DNA of 64,000 bases from NCBI RefSeq assembly GCF_002113885.1, contig NW_018407247.1, forward strand, positions 285,317 to 349,316. The letters run 5' to 3'. The DNA comes from Mizuhopecten yessoensis. Its lineage: Eukaryota. The notes below the pieces were generated by a model, which made no database searches, was not told where the DNA came from, and was given only the letters and a program-made list of their open reading frames with translations. Positions within the stretch are counted from its first letter, which is position 1. The number at the start of each line of letters is the position of its first letter. The position numbers and the translations under genes were made by a program. Of this stretch, positions 1 through 11,752 are shown piece after piece.

Positions 1-133
1 ATTACATTAAACTACGTTATACTAAACTATGTTATACTTAACTATGTTAACTACCATTAATCGAGTAAAATGATAATTTGTTTCACTAAAGCAGGATTGT
101 TTCTTCTGAAGAACGATTGAGAAATGATATCCT

Positions 134-923
134 GACGAGCCAACCTCGAGGACTGATAGTCTACTAGACGAGCCACCCTCGGGGACTGATAGTCTACCAA
201 ACGAGTCGCCCTCGGGGACTGATAGTCTATCAGACAAGCCACTTTCGGGGAATGATATTCTACCAGACAAGCCCCCCTCGTGGACTGATAGTCTTCCAAA
301 CAAGCCACCCTCGGGGACTGATAGTCTATTAGACGAGCCACCCTCGGGGACTGATAGTCTACCAAACGAGCCGCCCTCGGGGACTGATAGTCTACCAAAC
401 AAGCCACCCTCGGGGACTGATAGTCTATTAGACGAGCCACCCTCGGGGACAGATAGTCTACCAAACGAGCCATCCTCGGGGGCTGATATTCTTCAAAACG
501 AGCCACCCTCAAGGACTGATAGTCTACCAGACGAGCCATCCTCGGGGACTGATAGTCTATCAGACGAGCCACCCTTGGGGACTGATAGTCCAACACGAGT
601 CACCCTCGGGGACTGATAGTCTACGAGACGAGCCACCCTCGAGGACTGATAGTCTACCAGACGAGCCACCATCGGGGACTGATAGTCTACCAGACGAGCC
701 ACCCTCGGGGACTAAAAGTCAACAAAACTAGCCACCTTCGGGGACTGATAGTCTACCAGACGAACCATCCTCGGGGACTGATAGTCTACCAGACGAGCCA
801 CCCTCGGGGACTGATAGTCTACGAGACGAGACACTATCGGGGACTGATAGTCTACCAGACGAGCCATCCTCGGGGATTGGTATTCAACCAAACGAACCAC
901 CCTCGGGGACTGATAGTCTACCA
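134..923. repeat. 33-bp minisatellite (~24 copies; GACGAGCCACCCTCGGGGACTGATAGTCTACCA)
   Basis: Tandem units are directly visible. Minus-strand ORFs show an 11-aa period (RLVDYQSPRVA / GRLSVPEGGSS). Confidence 0.95.
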
Positions 924-1149
924 GAAGAGTTGTACACGTTACTTAATAAAATTGACACCAGAAATACCAAAAAATAAAGTACTGATTTGAAACTTTCGTT
1001 TGTGGTGGAAGAAAGCACAACAAAACATTTATAATTGTAGCTATACATATCCATTCGTTTAATATTTATATCGTCTTTAAAAGAAAAAAATCAAAACAAA
1101 CAATGTCTATCGACGCAGCCTATGTTTCTGCAATTGCAAAATGTGTTAA

Positions 1150-1760
1150 AGGAGCTACGTAAGTTCAGCGCTTTCAATAGGTTCCTTTAAAGTTGTCTCA
1201 CTGAATGGAATAATGCCTTAACCGGAAAACTCTGTTTCGATTATGTCTGGCGTGACTTTGATATCTTGTACGTTTAAATTTAAATGAGATTGTTTAAATT
1301 CGGAGCGTGCGCTCGACACTGTAGTCTGCTAAATGGAGATTTTTCTGACGTATTTGCGGCCTGGATTACTTTTAATATCCCTTGCTATAAGCAGCAGAAT
1401 AAAATAATCATTTAAATCAAAGTAATTTATATAAGTAAAAAGATACTGGCTGCGACACAATACAATAGTTAATATCATAAGTATGTGACCAAGTAAAAAC
1501 ATGATATACAATTCACAAGAAATATAGCACGTATGTTGGCACATTCTGAAACAAGTAATAAATAGTCGACTAATGTTTGTTACTGGGATTTATTATGCAA
1601 ATTTCCAGTCGGTAAACTATCAACAAAAATGTGCCAAGATAGGACTGCTTTAAGCCTGGAAATAAATCAAATAAAACTGCAAAGTTAAACATGTTCCAAT
1701 TCCGTTTTGCATTTGTATAAAATGTCAGCTCCACGCATATATCAATAGGGATCAACACAT
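1150..1760 (-). mobile_element. Highly decayed CR1/L2-group LINE ORF2 5' fragment (leader + 2A-like + APE start)
   Basis: The minus strand gives ILLLIARDIKSNPGR (motif RDIKSNPGR at 1356-1382), then SHLNLNVQDIKVTPDIIETEFSG*GIIPFSETTL. This aligns with FVHLNVQSLKQKLDILYTELSNITILSFTETWL of the 9.3-10.7 kb element. Confidence 0.75.
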
Positions 1761-3999
1761 TTCATTGTGCATCAGTCTGAACATATATGTGTAGAACGGA
1801 CATATTTGCAATATTTGACAGCTCCATTTACTAATTACCGTTTAAGAACGGAATATAAATCAGGGTGCAGAATATATACATTTAGGCAAGGCCTTAACTC
1901 GGGTTCATATTAGTCACAACAACCGATCATAAAGTGAGACGTAGCAGGTCAATCATGTCCCCGCTCCTACAGTTATGATACAACAGGACGCAAGTTCATG
2001 TTCCCGGACAAAGCGTACCTATTTATGCTTCCTAAATCACTATATATTTCATCATATTGTTGTATGTATTATTGATAAGCTGGATAAATAGGATATCATA
2101 TTTCAAACGTTTTTGCATCAAATAGCGTAGGAAATTCAAGGAAACATAAATGATGTTATCGCATTTCCAGCAGTTTGTCATAAACAAGCAATATAAATGG
2201 CGAGGGCGACTCATTAGAGACCATTCTGGAACAGTTATCAAATCATGTTTACAAAAACGCGATCTCGTTACACGGCGTACCATTTATAAAAAAAACCACA
2301 TTAAAAACATTGATACGTGTATATTAAAAACGAACTTGTGACGTATTTGTAACATTATTACTGGAACATGGTTCGTAAAACCCATCACTAAAATATAAAT
2401 CCGGTGATGTTTTGCCCAGTATAACGGCTGTGCATGGTGCCTTGTTATACCCTATAAAGGACAAGATGATTTTGTTACGATGTCTCTCTCCATCAGAGAG
2501 AGATAAAGTACCATCGATATACACGTCAGATAATGGCACCGTAGAAAGGCACGCGCATGCATGGTTTCCCAATTGCGTCAGGAAATGAGCGCTTACATTG
2601 TATATTACATGGAACAGACTCATTGCAGGCAGCAAGTGAATCGGATTGCATTTGAAGAAATAATCAAACAGGGTCAAAATGAAAAGCGCGATTCGTAAAA
2701 TTGGAATTAATTTTGAGTGCAGTCGAAATTGCAATTATTATTCTAGAAATAACATTTCTATTTAAAATATCCAAGGCATCAAAAAGCAGGCTTTTATCTA
2801 GATTTTTTTTTGATATGTATTTATTTATGTTCTAGGAAAGTCAGATAACATTTGTAATACGCTATTTTCACCAGCTAGATTTCCAATTTATTTGTGACAC
2901 ATGAAGTATCGTATTTATTAATACTATAAGTTTCTCCATACAAATCATGTCACATTGAATAACGATTTCCATACAAATAATGGCGCTTTTATTAACGACC
3001 TAACGTTAATCGTACAGATCAGGTCGCGTTCATTAATGCCACAAATCTCCCTAACACGTCATGTATATAAACGATTTCAAGCTCGTCATTTAAATCGCTT
3101 TAGATTAGTTACTCATTATGACAAACTATGTCGAGTTAATTAATTATTTAAGATCCTCATACACATTATATCACGTATATCCTCGATTTAAAATCTCTTA
3201 ATATAAATTCTTTTGTGCTTTTTAGCCCATTTAACTCTCCTCTCACATACGATATTACGTTTATTGACGATTTTCGACTCCTCATACAAATCCTGTCGGG
3301 CTTAATTACTCTCTTAACTTCCTCATACAAATTCCATTTGTATTTATTGACGATGTACTATTTCTCATATTAATCATAATGCATATATTTACGCTTTACA
3401 ACGTTCGTTATTCAAATTATGTTATTTTTTATTGATGATGTCGCAGCACATATTTATCGTCATTAACATACGTATCTAATATGTTTTTTTATATTGATGA
3501 AACTGATAGGCAGACATCAAATAACTCGATTTGCGGAAGTGTTAAATTTCAATCGCATGATATCAAGTTTTAGTTGTCAATATTGTTATAGACGCCTACA
3601 CATGTAACACATGTTCTAGTGAATCGTCACGTGCTTCAAATACATATCGGTCTGGTAATGTCGAACGTATCACCTTGGTAACTACCCATGACGTCATCTA
3701 CATCCAGTCTTTTCTCTAAGGTACATCTACTAGTTCTTCTTAGTAACCGTTCAGTACTCTCTGCTCATGCTACAGTCAATTTATTTTTATGTCTTTTATC
3801 TCTCAAGGCAGTTCTTGTTGACAAAAAAAAAATCCTTCTATCGATCAAGGTGAAAGTTTAAAGAATAGAGCTCAGGGGAAGAGTTTCCAGACAAGGGTAG
3901 GAAATCGTTGAATTGACTTAAAGTGTGAACTTTCAGACTTGTGCCGTAGCCGGTTTGTGGATACCGTCGTCATATGACCTAGCTGATTTGTGGATTAAT

Positions 4000-4160
4000 A
4001 GAATCTTCCCCTACCTTGAGGGTGTAACAGAGAAATCTTCAACTGTCGGGGTGATTTGTTTGGTTGTCTTATCCTCGGCAGAGCCTCGAGTTAGACAACC
4101 AAAAAACATCATCCTTCGGGTTGGAGATTTCTCTGTTACAACCTCAAGGCAGGAAATTAT
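4000..4160. mobile_element. Long hairpin of a non-autonomous DNA element (Crypton-like end architecture)
   Basis: Inverted arms CCTACCTTGAGGGTGTAACAGAGAAATCTTCAAC ... GTTGGAGATTTCTCTGTTACAACCTCAAGGCAGG, plus inner arms TTTGGTTGTCT/AGACAACCAAA. Confidence 0.6.
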
Positions 4161-5609
4161 TATTTTTCTCCCATCCTATTATTTGTGTCACAGCTCTACC
4201 ATCAGTAGTCAGCCATGTTTGTAAGCAAAAACACATGTGGGGTATGCATGTCGTCATTCGTTTTTAATGACGTCACAATGTTACCGATGACGTTTTAATG
4301 ACGTACAATTGAACAAGTGATAATCGGCACGAGGCTATCTCCCCCTAGGGGTGACAAGCTTTTCTCGCACCTCAGACAGAGACATCCCACGTCATACCCC
4401 ATCCTAGATTTTTCTATCTCGTCCGATCTGTCTTGTATCTTTACCTGACATTTCGCGGAATTTTTACACTGCGATGTATTCATCCGCGCGTTAACTGATT
4501 GAAATTGACAATTTGCATTATAAATGTTCTGTTTTGTCGTTATATGTATAGTTTTGATGTAGTTAGATATTTGATGTTGTCCATAAAATATAATCTACAA
4601 TGTAAAATACGTTGTAATCTATTTAAGGACGGACTACATTTTTACCCAGAAGCATTCAAATGTAGCTTTAGTAGTGAAGAGATCGTTATCATTTGAGGCC
4701 CAAGGCGGGATACTTGTAGTTTTTAGCAAAATTGAATAGTTCTTTTCGAACTAAAATGTGCGAGAAAAAAAATCAATTACCTGTAACTGAGCGAGATCGG
4801 GTTATCTCAGTCTCGGGCTAAGATTATTCCGCGAAAATAAGTGGAAATTAAAAATAAAGTGCAAACTTGTAATACAAAGGGGTACTTATTAGCAATGTTC
4901 ATGGTTAAAATCCAAACTACAGCTAGAATTATAAAAAAAACAACACTTTTTTGCCGTAGTTTGCTATAAAAGTTTTATTTATATATTTGGAGATATTTTT
5001 TATATCAAACAATATGAAAATTTATGATTTCGTTTTGGTACAGTTAATAGTTCTCTTGACTTAAAAGCACTTGATATAGCACAGGAAAGCCAATAACCTA
5101 CACATGGCTTGTACATGCTATGATAAGCGTTAAGATCATAGAATATATAGAAATATGAGCACGTCAGATGCAATGAAACAGACATCTATTTACATTAAAC
5201 GTTTGGGCGAACAGCATGTATTTTTGTTGTCCTGCTGATAACCTGTGTTTGGGATAGATAGGTAAATGTACCTTGTACATATCGCTATGTTTCAAACAAT
5301 AAAATGCCGGTGCCAATATGGAATGTACTCGGCACCATGGCTACCACAAAGATAATACGTCAACAGCATTGTTTCGTACCATGGCAACAGCATTTGCGTT
5401 TTGTTAACGGTGGCGTGTTTAGTCTTGCTGTTCCTACTTGTATTGGACTCGTACAAAAATAGACAACATACATAGATACTGAACTGTATCAACAAATATC
5501 AAAATGCCTCCCTACTTCAGCTATGAACTGTAAACAGTAAAGACGAATAATGGCTGAAAACAGTTAAACATTAGTTAAGACGATTTGTATCATTGAACTG
5601 TTAACGAAA

Positions 5610-5792
5610 GGATAACCTGTCACGTGACTATAAACTAATCAAGACAAGATAACCTGACACGTGACTATAAACTGATCAAGACAAGATTACCTGACACGTG
5701 ACTATAAGCTGATCAAGACAAGATAACCTGACACGTGACTATAAACTGATCAAGCAGGATAACCTGACACGTGACTATAAACTAATAAAGAC
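5610..5792. repeat. ~37-bp tandem repeat x5 (GATAACCTGACACGTGACTATAAACTGATCAAGACAA)
   Basis: Tandem copies are directly visible, each with a CACGTG palindrome. Confidence 0.9.
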
Positions 5793-6187
5793 AGTTTAAA
5801 GTGAATTTCGGTCTATGATATAATAATTATCCGTTATGCCGACTTATGAATATGAAATTGTAAAAAACAATTACGCTGTTACGTGTTGGCATTGAACTGT
5901 TTAAAATGGGAACAAGTGCGAAAGGAATATGTATCACGATATTAATCGTATGCTTTTTTAAACGACATTCAGAGAGTTTAGAGAAATAGTATGGTATGGA
6001 CATTGGGATAGTTAGTTGGTCAATATCATAGACTTATACATATATATTTATATAGACTATAACGAATTTATGATAACATATATTCTTAAATGTTTTTATA
6101 TATGCAACTAACACTCCTAATATTAAAATAAATAAAATAAATAAAATAAAGGGTTTTACTGTTACTTACAGTTGTTTAGACCCCTAG

Positions 6188-6270
6188 CGTCATCGATGAG
6201 TCCAGGAATGAAGAAACAGCTATGCTGTGCAGCGAAGTACATTGGTGGCGTATTGTAACTATTACTACAC
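6188..6270 (+). ncRNA. Decayed minimal type I hammerhead ribozyme motif (Penelope/retrozyme-type repeat)
   Basis: CGTCA-TCGATGA-GTCC-AGGAA-TGAA-GAAAC-AGCT. Homologous over ~80 bp to the copy at 39040-39122. Confidence 0.45.
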
Positions 6271-6910
6271 CAAATTTTAAAGATGCAAATTACCTGTGTG
6301 TTCAAATTATAATCTCTTTGCTATGAAAAGCATAAGGAAACATAAAAAAAAGTAGGTCACAGAATGATAGTTAGAACTATTCACATTATTGAGAATAAAA
6401 CATCGCTAGAAATACATCTTCTTTTGATCTTTTGATTTTTCAATACGTTCATGTTTAGTTCATAAAACAACTAAATTTGATTATACAGCTATCGTTAGTG
6501 TTATTTATTTGTAGTAAAGTGTATGTTAGAAAGAGGTTTTCTTTATGGCATATGACATTCTCGAAAGGAATGCAGTCCATCCCTAAATTTGCTGTTTGTT
6601 CAGCAATTCGTAATACAAATCTAGCCATCGCTTTCAGTGATATGTCTTTGTTTGGTTGTTCTAAATCTAAACATAATTGTATGCCTTTCTTTATTTCTTA
6701 ACTGGTCCAAGTGATCCTCACTATTGCATGTTTTTAAAAAAATCATACATTTTTATGAATTGTACATGTATTAGCATTTTACCTATTTTGAAGGATAAAG
6801 AATTAGTTTCAAAACACAGTAGCGATACCATCTACAGTGATGTGTATAGTTATCATTATCAACTGTATATTTGAATTAAAAATGGATTATATTATTATTC
6901 TGCAGCTTAC

Positions 6911-6964
6911 CTTCATTAAGTAGTATTCGTCCATAATTGTTGTTTGCAATTGACATCTATTGTT
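6911..6964 (-). CDS. Candidate isolated 54-nt exon (NNRCQLQTTIMDEYYLMK, or start exon MSIANNNYGRILLNE)
   Basis: Acceptor TTTTTTCATTGCTAG and donor AAG|GTAAGC are both near consensus. No homology recognised. Confidence 0.3.
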
Positions 6965-7255
6965 CTAGCAATGAAAAAATATAATAACCATCACACTTTA
7001 GAGGGAATTCTACAATGTGATTCTTTAAAAATATGCTTATGACCAGTCACATTAATAGTATGACTTAATGTAACACCTATTTCAAGATTGAGACAGTCGA
7101 ATTAAGAAAAGTTAATCTTGGGAGCAAATTAATCCTAAATAACTGCTGTTTACAAAACATATTTGATATCTGATGATGTAACATTATTTATTTTACAATA
7201 ATTATGAAGCAAGTTATTTCAGTTTAAATAAATCATTCTTGGTAGCCCGGATGTT

Positions 7256-7412
7256 AGTGCGCAGGGGTCCAAATGTGGAAGGAAACCGGAATTCCCGGAG
7301 AAAACCCACGTGGTCGGGCAGGTGACCCATACAATTTCACGTCCAATCGGGGAATCGAACCCCAGTCGCCTTGGTGAAAGGCAAGTGCGCTATCCACTGC
7401 GCCAACCGACCA
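7256..7412 (-). mobile_element. tRNA-derived V-domain SINE
   Basis: A box TGGCGCAGTGG and B box GGTTCGATTCC, followed by the V core GTGGGTTTTCTCCGGGAATTCCGGTTTCCTTCCAC. Confidence 0.85.
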
Positions 7413-8196
7413 CCAAGGTATCTGATAATGATTGATGGATATATAGTTCGAAAGATGAGTGTACAGCTGATTCAACATATTCATCTTATAGATTATCACA
7501 CAAAACGGTTCCATAGTTTGAGGTAGAATTTATGCTGGGTCACTTTCTAATGACTTTGAATAACTATTGTCGATATTTCCCTGAAGCTAAATCCATTATA
7601 CACGACCAGTACTGGTTACGGTGTTAATTTAGTAACACCATGTTTCAGCATTAGTTTACAACTCGTTTAGTACCAGGAGCTAGTTACAACAATACAAACT
7701 AAACATGCATTTTTGCGCCCGTACAATAAACGATAGGAACAGTAACAACACATACATGTTTATCATCTACACACTTACTGAGAAACGCTGCAAAAAAATC
7801 GTGTTTTAAATCCTATTAACAGCGATGGTCATTTAAGGACGTGCCTGGTTTTGATGGTTAATATAAACTTTATTTCATTCCAAGTTAACACGTTTACGAA
7901 TTAATCTCCTTATTTCGTTTGATAGCCAAGGGGGTTCATTAGATCTGATGGTTATTTTTTTATTCGGAATACAAGATTTAGCAATAGTAAGTAAAATATC
8001 TAAGAACTTTTTGACAGCATCATTAATATCATCAAAATCACTCAATAAATTCCAGTTAACTGAGCTGAGTTTTTCCCTAAATAAATCGTAATTTCCTAGG
8101 TCAAAAAGCCAAACGTTTCGCTTAAACACCTGCTGCACTGGCTTTGAAATATTAAAAGAACAATAAATTGGACAATGGTATCTAACCGGTTGGTCA

Positions 8197-9169
8197 CATC
8201 CTACATACAAAACTAAGAGACCGTTCTAGCACTTTGAAAAACGATCTATTCCGAGTTAACCTGGTTGATGACCAACGTTGTATGTGTGGTTACCCTATTG
8301 AAGACACCTTTCATTTCTTTTTTAACTGTGATAATTATGTTGAACAGAGAATTAAACTTTATCGTGAACTGAATGCATACATCCCCCTTACATTGAATCT
8401 ACTTCTTTTTGGAGATATAACAATTTCGGAGCAAGAAAACAAAATTATCTTCATGAATACTCAGCAATATATACAAGAATCAAACAGATTTTAACACCCT
8501 TCACCCCTCAAAATCGACATCTTTATTAATATATTTATCTTATTAATAATAATAGATTAACAACACGAGTTGCAACACACAAATATACGTATATATATAT
8601 ATATATAAACATAATGAAGTCGTGTGTTTGGTCTTTCTCTGTGCGGACGGACTAGTTGAAACGGAAATACCAGCAAGAACGGAGTGAACAGGAGGAAGTT
8701 ATAATAGCACGGGATGTGATGAACATTGATCAGAAGAAAGTTGTGAACAGCGAATAGTATAACTAGTCCGTTCGCATGGAGAAGGAACAACCACGTGGTC
8801 TGATATAAATTTTCTTAAATTTACAGTCTTGTTGCAGTACTTATCTAGTAATCTCAAAACATCGGGCCCTCTAACCCCTTCTTCCCTCTCCTCCCCTCTC
8901 ACCATCCCCCTATCTCTCTCTCTTCCTTTATCTACATGTGCATGTTTATATTTGTGCGCATGTGTGTGGTTCGGTGCGTGAATGTGTGGGAGTATGTATG
9001 TCACTGATTAATTAATTTATAATACATAGCTTATTTACGTAGTTCTGCCATCATGAAATTTTGTTAAAAAATATTATTGTACAGGGAAAGGGCTTGATAT
9101 AAGTTGTAAAACTTGTGCCCAATTCCATTGCTATGTAAAAAAAGGCAATAAAATATGTTTAAAACAAAA
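8197..9169 (+). mobile_element. 5'-truncated CR1/L2-group LINE (ORF2 C-terminal Cys/His region + 3' UTR), nested antisense in the host LINE
   Basis: Encodes ILHTKLRDRSSTLKNDLFRVNL...CMCGYPIEDTFHFFFNC and ends in stem-loop + CAATAAAATATGTTTAAA. Flanked by TSD AACCGGTTGGTCA (8184-8196 and 9170-9182). Confidence 0.92.
8620..8796. mobile_element. Small MITE-like inverted repeat inside the LINE 3' UTR
   Basis: Imperfect inverted arms TTCTCTGTGCGGACGGACTAGTT ... AACTAGTCCGTTCGCATGGAGAA. Confidence 0.55.
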
Positions 9170-9280
9170 AACCGGTTGGTCAAGGAAGCTTTCTCCAACA
9201 TAACAGTTATTAATAAGGTTATTACATGTACTACATGTACTAGTACAGACTATATCTAACAATGACTCCGAGGCTTCTGT

Positions 9281-10429
9281 TTAAAAAGTTGGTGATTCAA
9301 CAAGCTGAGTTAGATTAAAGGAAGCAAGTATATCGCGTAAGTGGGAAGAATGGTGGTCTACTAGGGCATTTGCATTGAAGTCTCCGGTTATCACAATATG
9401 AGAGATGCCTGTATTATACGCTTTTTCTATAGAATGCGAGATATGAGACCATATGATGATAGGAGAGTGTGGAGGCCGATAAAAAATACCATATAATATT
9501 TTCTCTGAACCAAGTACAATTTCTAACCAGACACATTCAATGGTAGCTATCTCTATATCTGATCTTCTTTTTGCAGGAATTTTATATTTTACATAAACCG
9601 ATATACCGCCGCCCATTCGATCAGGTCTACAGTAGCAGAATGGGTCAGAATATCCAGGCAGGTTTAGGTCAGATGAGATATCATTTAAATTTAACCATGT
9701 CTCAGTAAAGGATAAAATTGTTATATTACTTAACTCGGTGTAAAGAATATCAAGTTTTTGTTTGAGACTTTGAACATTAAGATGGACAAATGAAAAATTA
9801 CTGACCGCATCGAGCTGGCCAGTAATATTCGAAAAAATAGATGAGGAAGATGAGGAAGATGAGCTAGAACACATGGGACCAGGATTCAGTTCTATATCTC
9901 CAGATAACAACAGATGCCAATAGTCCAAAGCACGACGTAGAGATATAGATAATTTATCAGAAGCGGACATGATAGAAGAGGAGATGAATTTAGCACTTAT
10001 GTAATGAATATCAGGGTTATATTTGAAACTTTTGACGCTAAGATGGACGAAAGAATACCTATCGTTACAGAACTGGATACTTGAAGAGGAAGTAGAAGCA
10101 ATTGATTGAATGGTAGAAGTAGAAAAGTGCTGTGAATTTAACTCAATGTCACCTGACAAATACCAGCTGATCAATGCATAATGTATTGATATAAAAGTAA
10201 GAAATTCTGCTAAAAAGGACGCGAAGTGGTAACATGAACTGCTACGGAACGACTCTCTGAGTGATGAACTAATATTATGTAAATAAGACGTAAAAACATA
10301 TAACAAAAGTAAGAGTAATGCCATACATAACATGTCGGGAACGGTCACGTAATGAGCGAAAATTGCGGACTGTATAAAATTGCTGAAGACACCAATTCGA
10401 ACACGATAGAGAGAAACATCAATAGGCAT
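9281..10429 (-). pseudogene. LINE ORF2 fragment: leader-2A-APE endonuclease
   Basis: Open frame from MPIDVSLYRVRIGVF (ATG at 10429) through LLLSGDIELNPGP (9875-9913) into the APE domain. Stops at 9281. Confidence 0.85.
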
Positions 10430-11599
10430 TATGTAATGCCAGACTGGGCAAGGAGGTAAGTGAGTGCTCGAGAAGGTGTCGTGATCATGATAATAGAAGT
10501 AGTCAGAGGCACACTGGGCAATAGGGGAGGGGGTAGGGCAGAAGAGGAAACGGATATAAAAAAAATGACTATGAAGAGTTGAAATACGTTCATCAGAACC
10601 AAATTTGAAGAGAGGGGGAAAAGACCAGGTAATTGTTAATATTTTGTGACCGGTACTGGAACTGAAAATACAAATAGTAATGTGCACACACACACACACA
10701 CACGTTCATACATGCTCGCGTTAGCAATCATAAATTAACTTACACAATGATAAGGCTCAAATCAAAATAACGTGGACATTATCACTAGGCCTCATTATCT
10801 AGTGGAGTAATTCCACTGGTATCTGCCACAACCAAATAGTGTACAAAAATATGTACAAAATAGACTCATAGTGGTGAGAATGTTAGTTACTCACTTTGAG
10901 AGAAAACATGGGTACATACAAGATTCTATTAACCGGATCCGGTATACAACTTAGGTATAGGTTTGCAGTATAGCAATATATAGCAAATGTATAGCACGGA
11001 GAATTTATGTAATATCATTTTTTTTTTAAATAAGTAGTAGATCTAATAATAATACAAGTAATAGTAGTGTTCATGATAATAAAAAAAATCGACTCAAGGG
11101 GGAAAAAAACAAATAGGTACTACTACATTCAGGATTCTATGATGCTGGATTAGCCGATAACACCCAACTTACAGGTTTTGGTACAGACATAAACAATGTA
11201 ACAGTACATAGCATGATATAAAGCAATTCAACATGTAAGAATATCATAACCAAATTTAAATATTATGTTAGGAGAGTAGTTCACTATCTGTTATGGCCAT
11301 TAGTGTATAATACGGACAAAAAATCATAAGACACAAATTGATTTTTGTTACACTAACGTGTACATTTTACACTGTTTATGGAATCTCTATTGAAATAATG
11401 ATAATAGACAGATAAATTAATCGACGCCGCTAAAATGGGTACTACTACATACAGGAATCTATATACCAGAGTCCTGAGGAGCTGATAACAGCTTACGTAC
11501 AAGTTATAAGAATTTATATTCTAGCTTGCGTATAGGTCTGATATATATAAATAAATAGTGTACCAATACAGATATGAAAATCAAATCAAGGTAACGTAT

Positions 11600-11752
11600 A
11601 TGAGTTGATGGTTGAGGAAAGACAGGTTCCCAGAGAAAAAACACCGACCTACAGCCAGTACCTGGCGGCTGCCTACCGTAGGTCTCGAACCCGCGACCCT
11701 ATGGTTGAGGGCTCATGGTAGCAAAAGGTCAGACGCCTTAACCACTTGGCCG
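11600..11752 (-). mobile_element. V-domain SINE (family also at 23680 and 50540)
   Basis: On the minus strand: tRNA head GGCCAAGTGGTTAAGGCGTC ... GGGTTCGAGACC, then a degenerate V core. Confidence 0.75.

Larger units (their letters stand above)
7873..10700 (-). mobile_element. CR1/L2-group LINE, ORF2 N-terminal half (leader, two 2A-like motifs, APE endonuclease, linker), 3'-truncated and interrupted by an insertion
   Basis: APE motifs HLNVQSL, SFTETWL, GGGISVYV, IFYRPP, ITGDFN and LTQLVESPT. After the insert it continues as DQPVRYHCPIY...PWLSNEIRRLIRKR (7875-8196). Confidence 0.93.

Noticed and set aside
8197-9169. Twin-priming 5' inversion of a single LINE
   Set aside because: The host ORF continues on both sides and the segment has its own 13-bp TSD, so it is a separate insertion.
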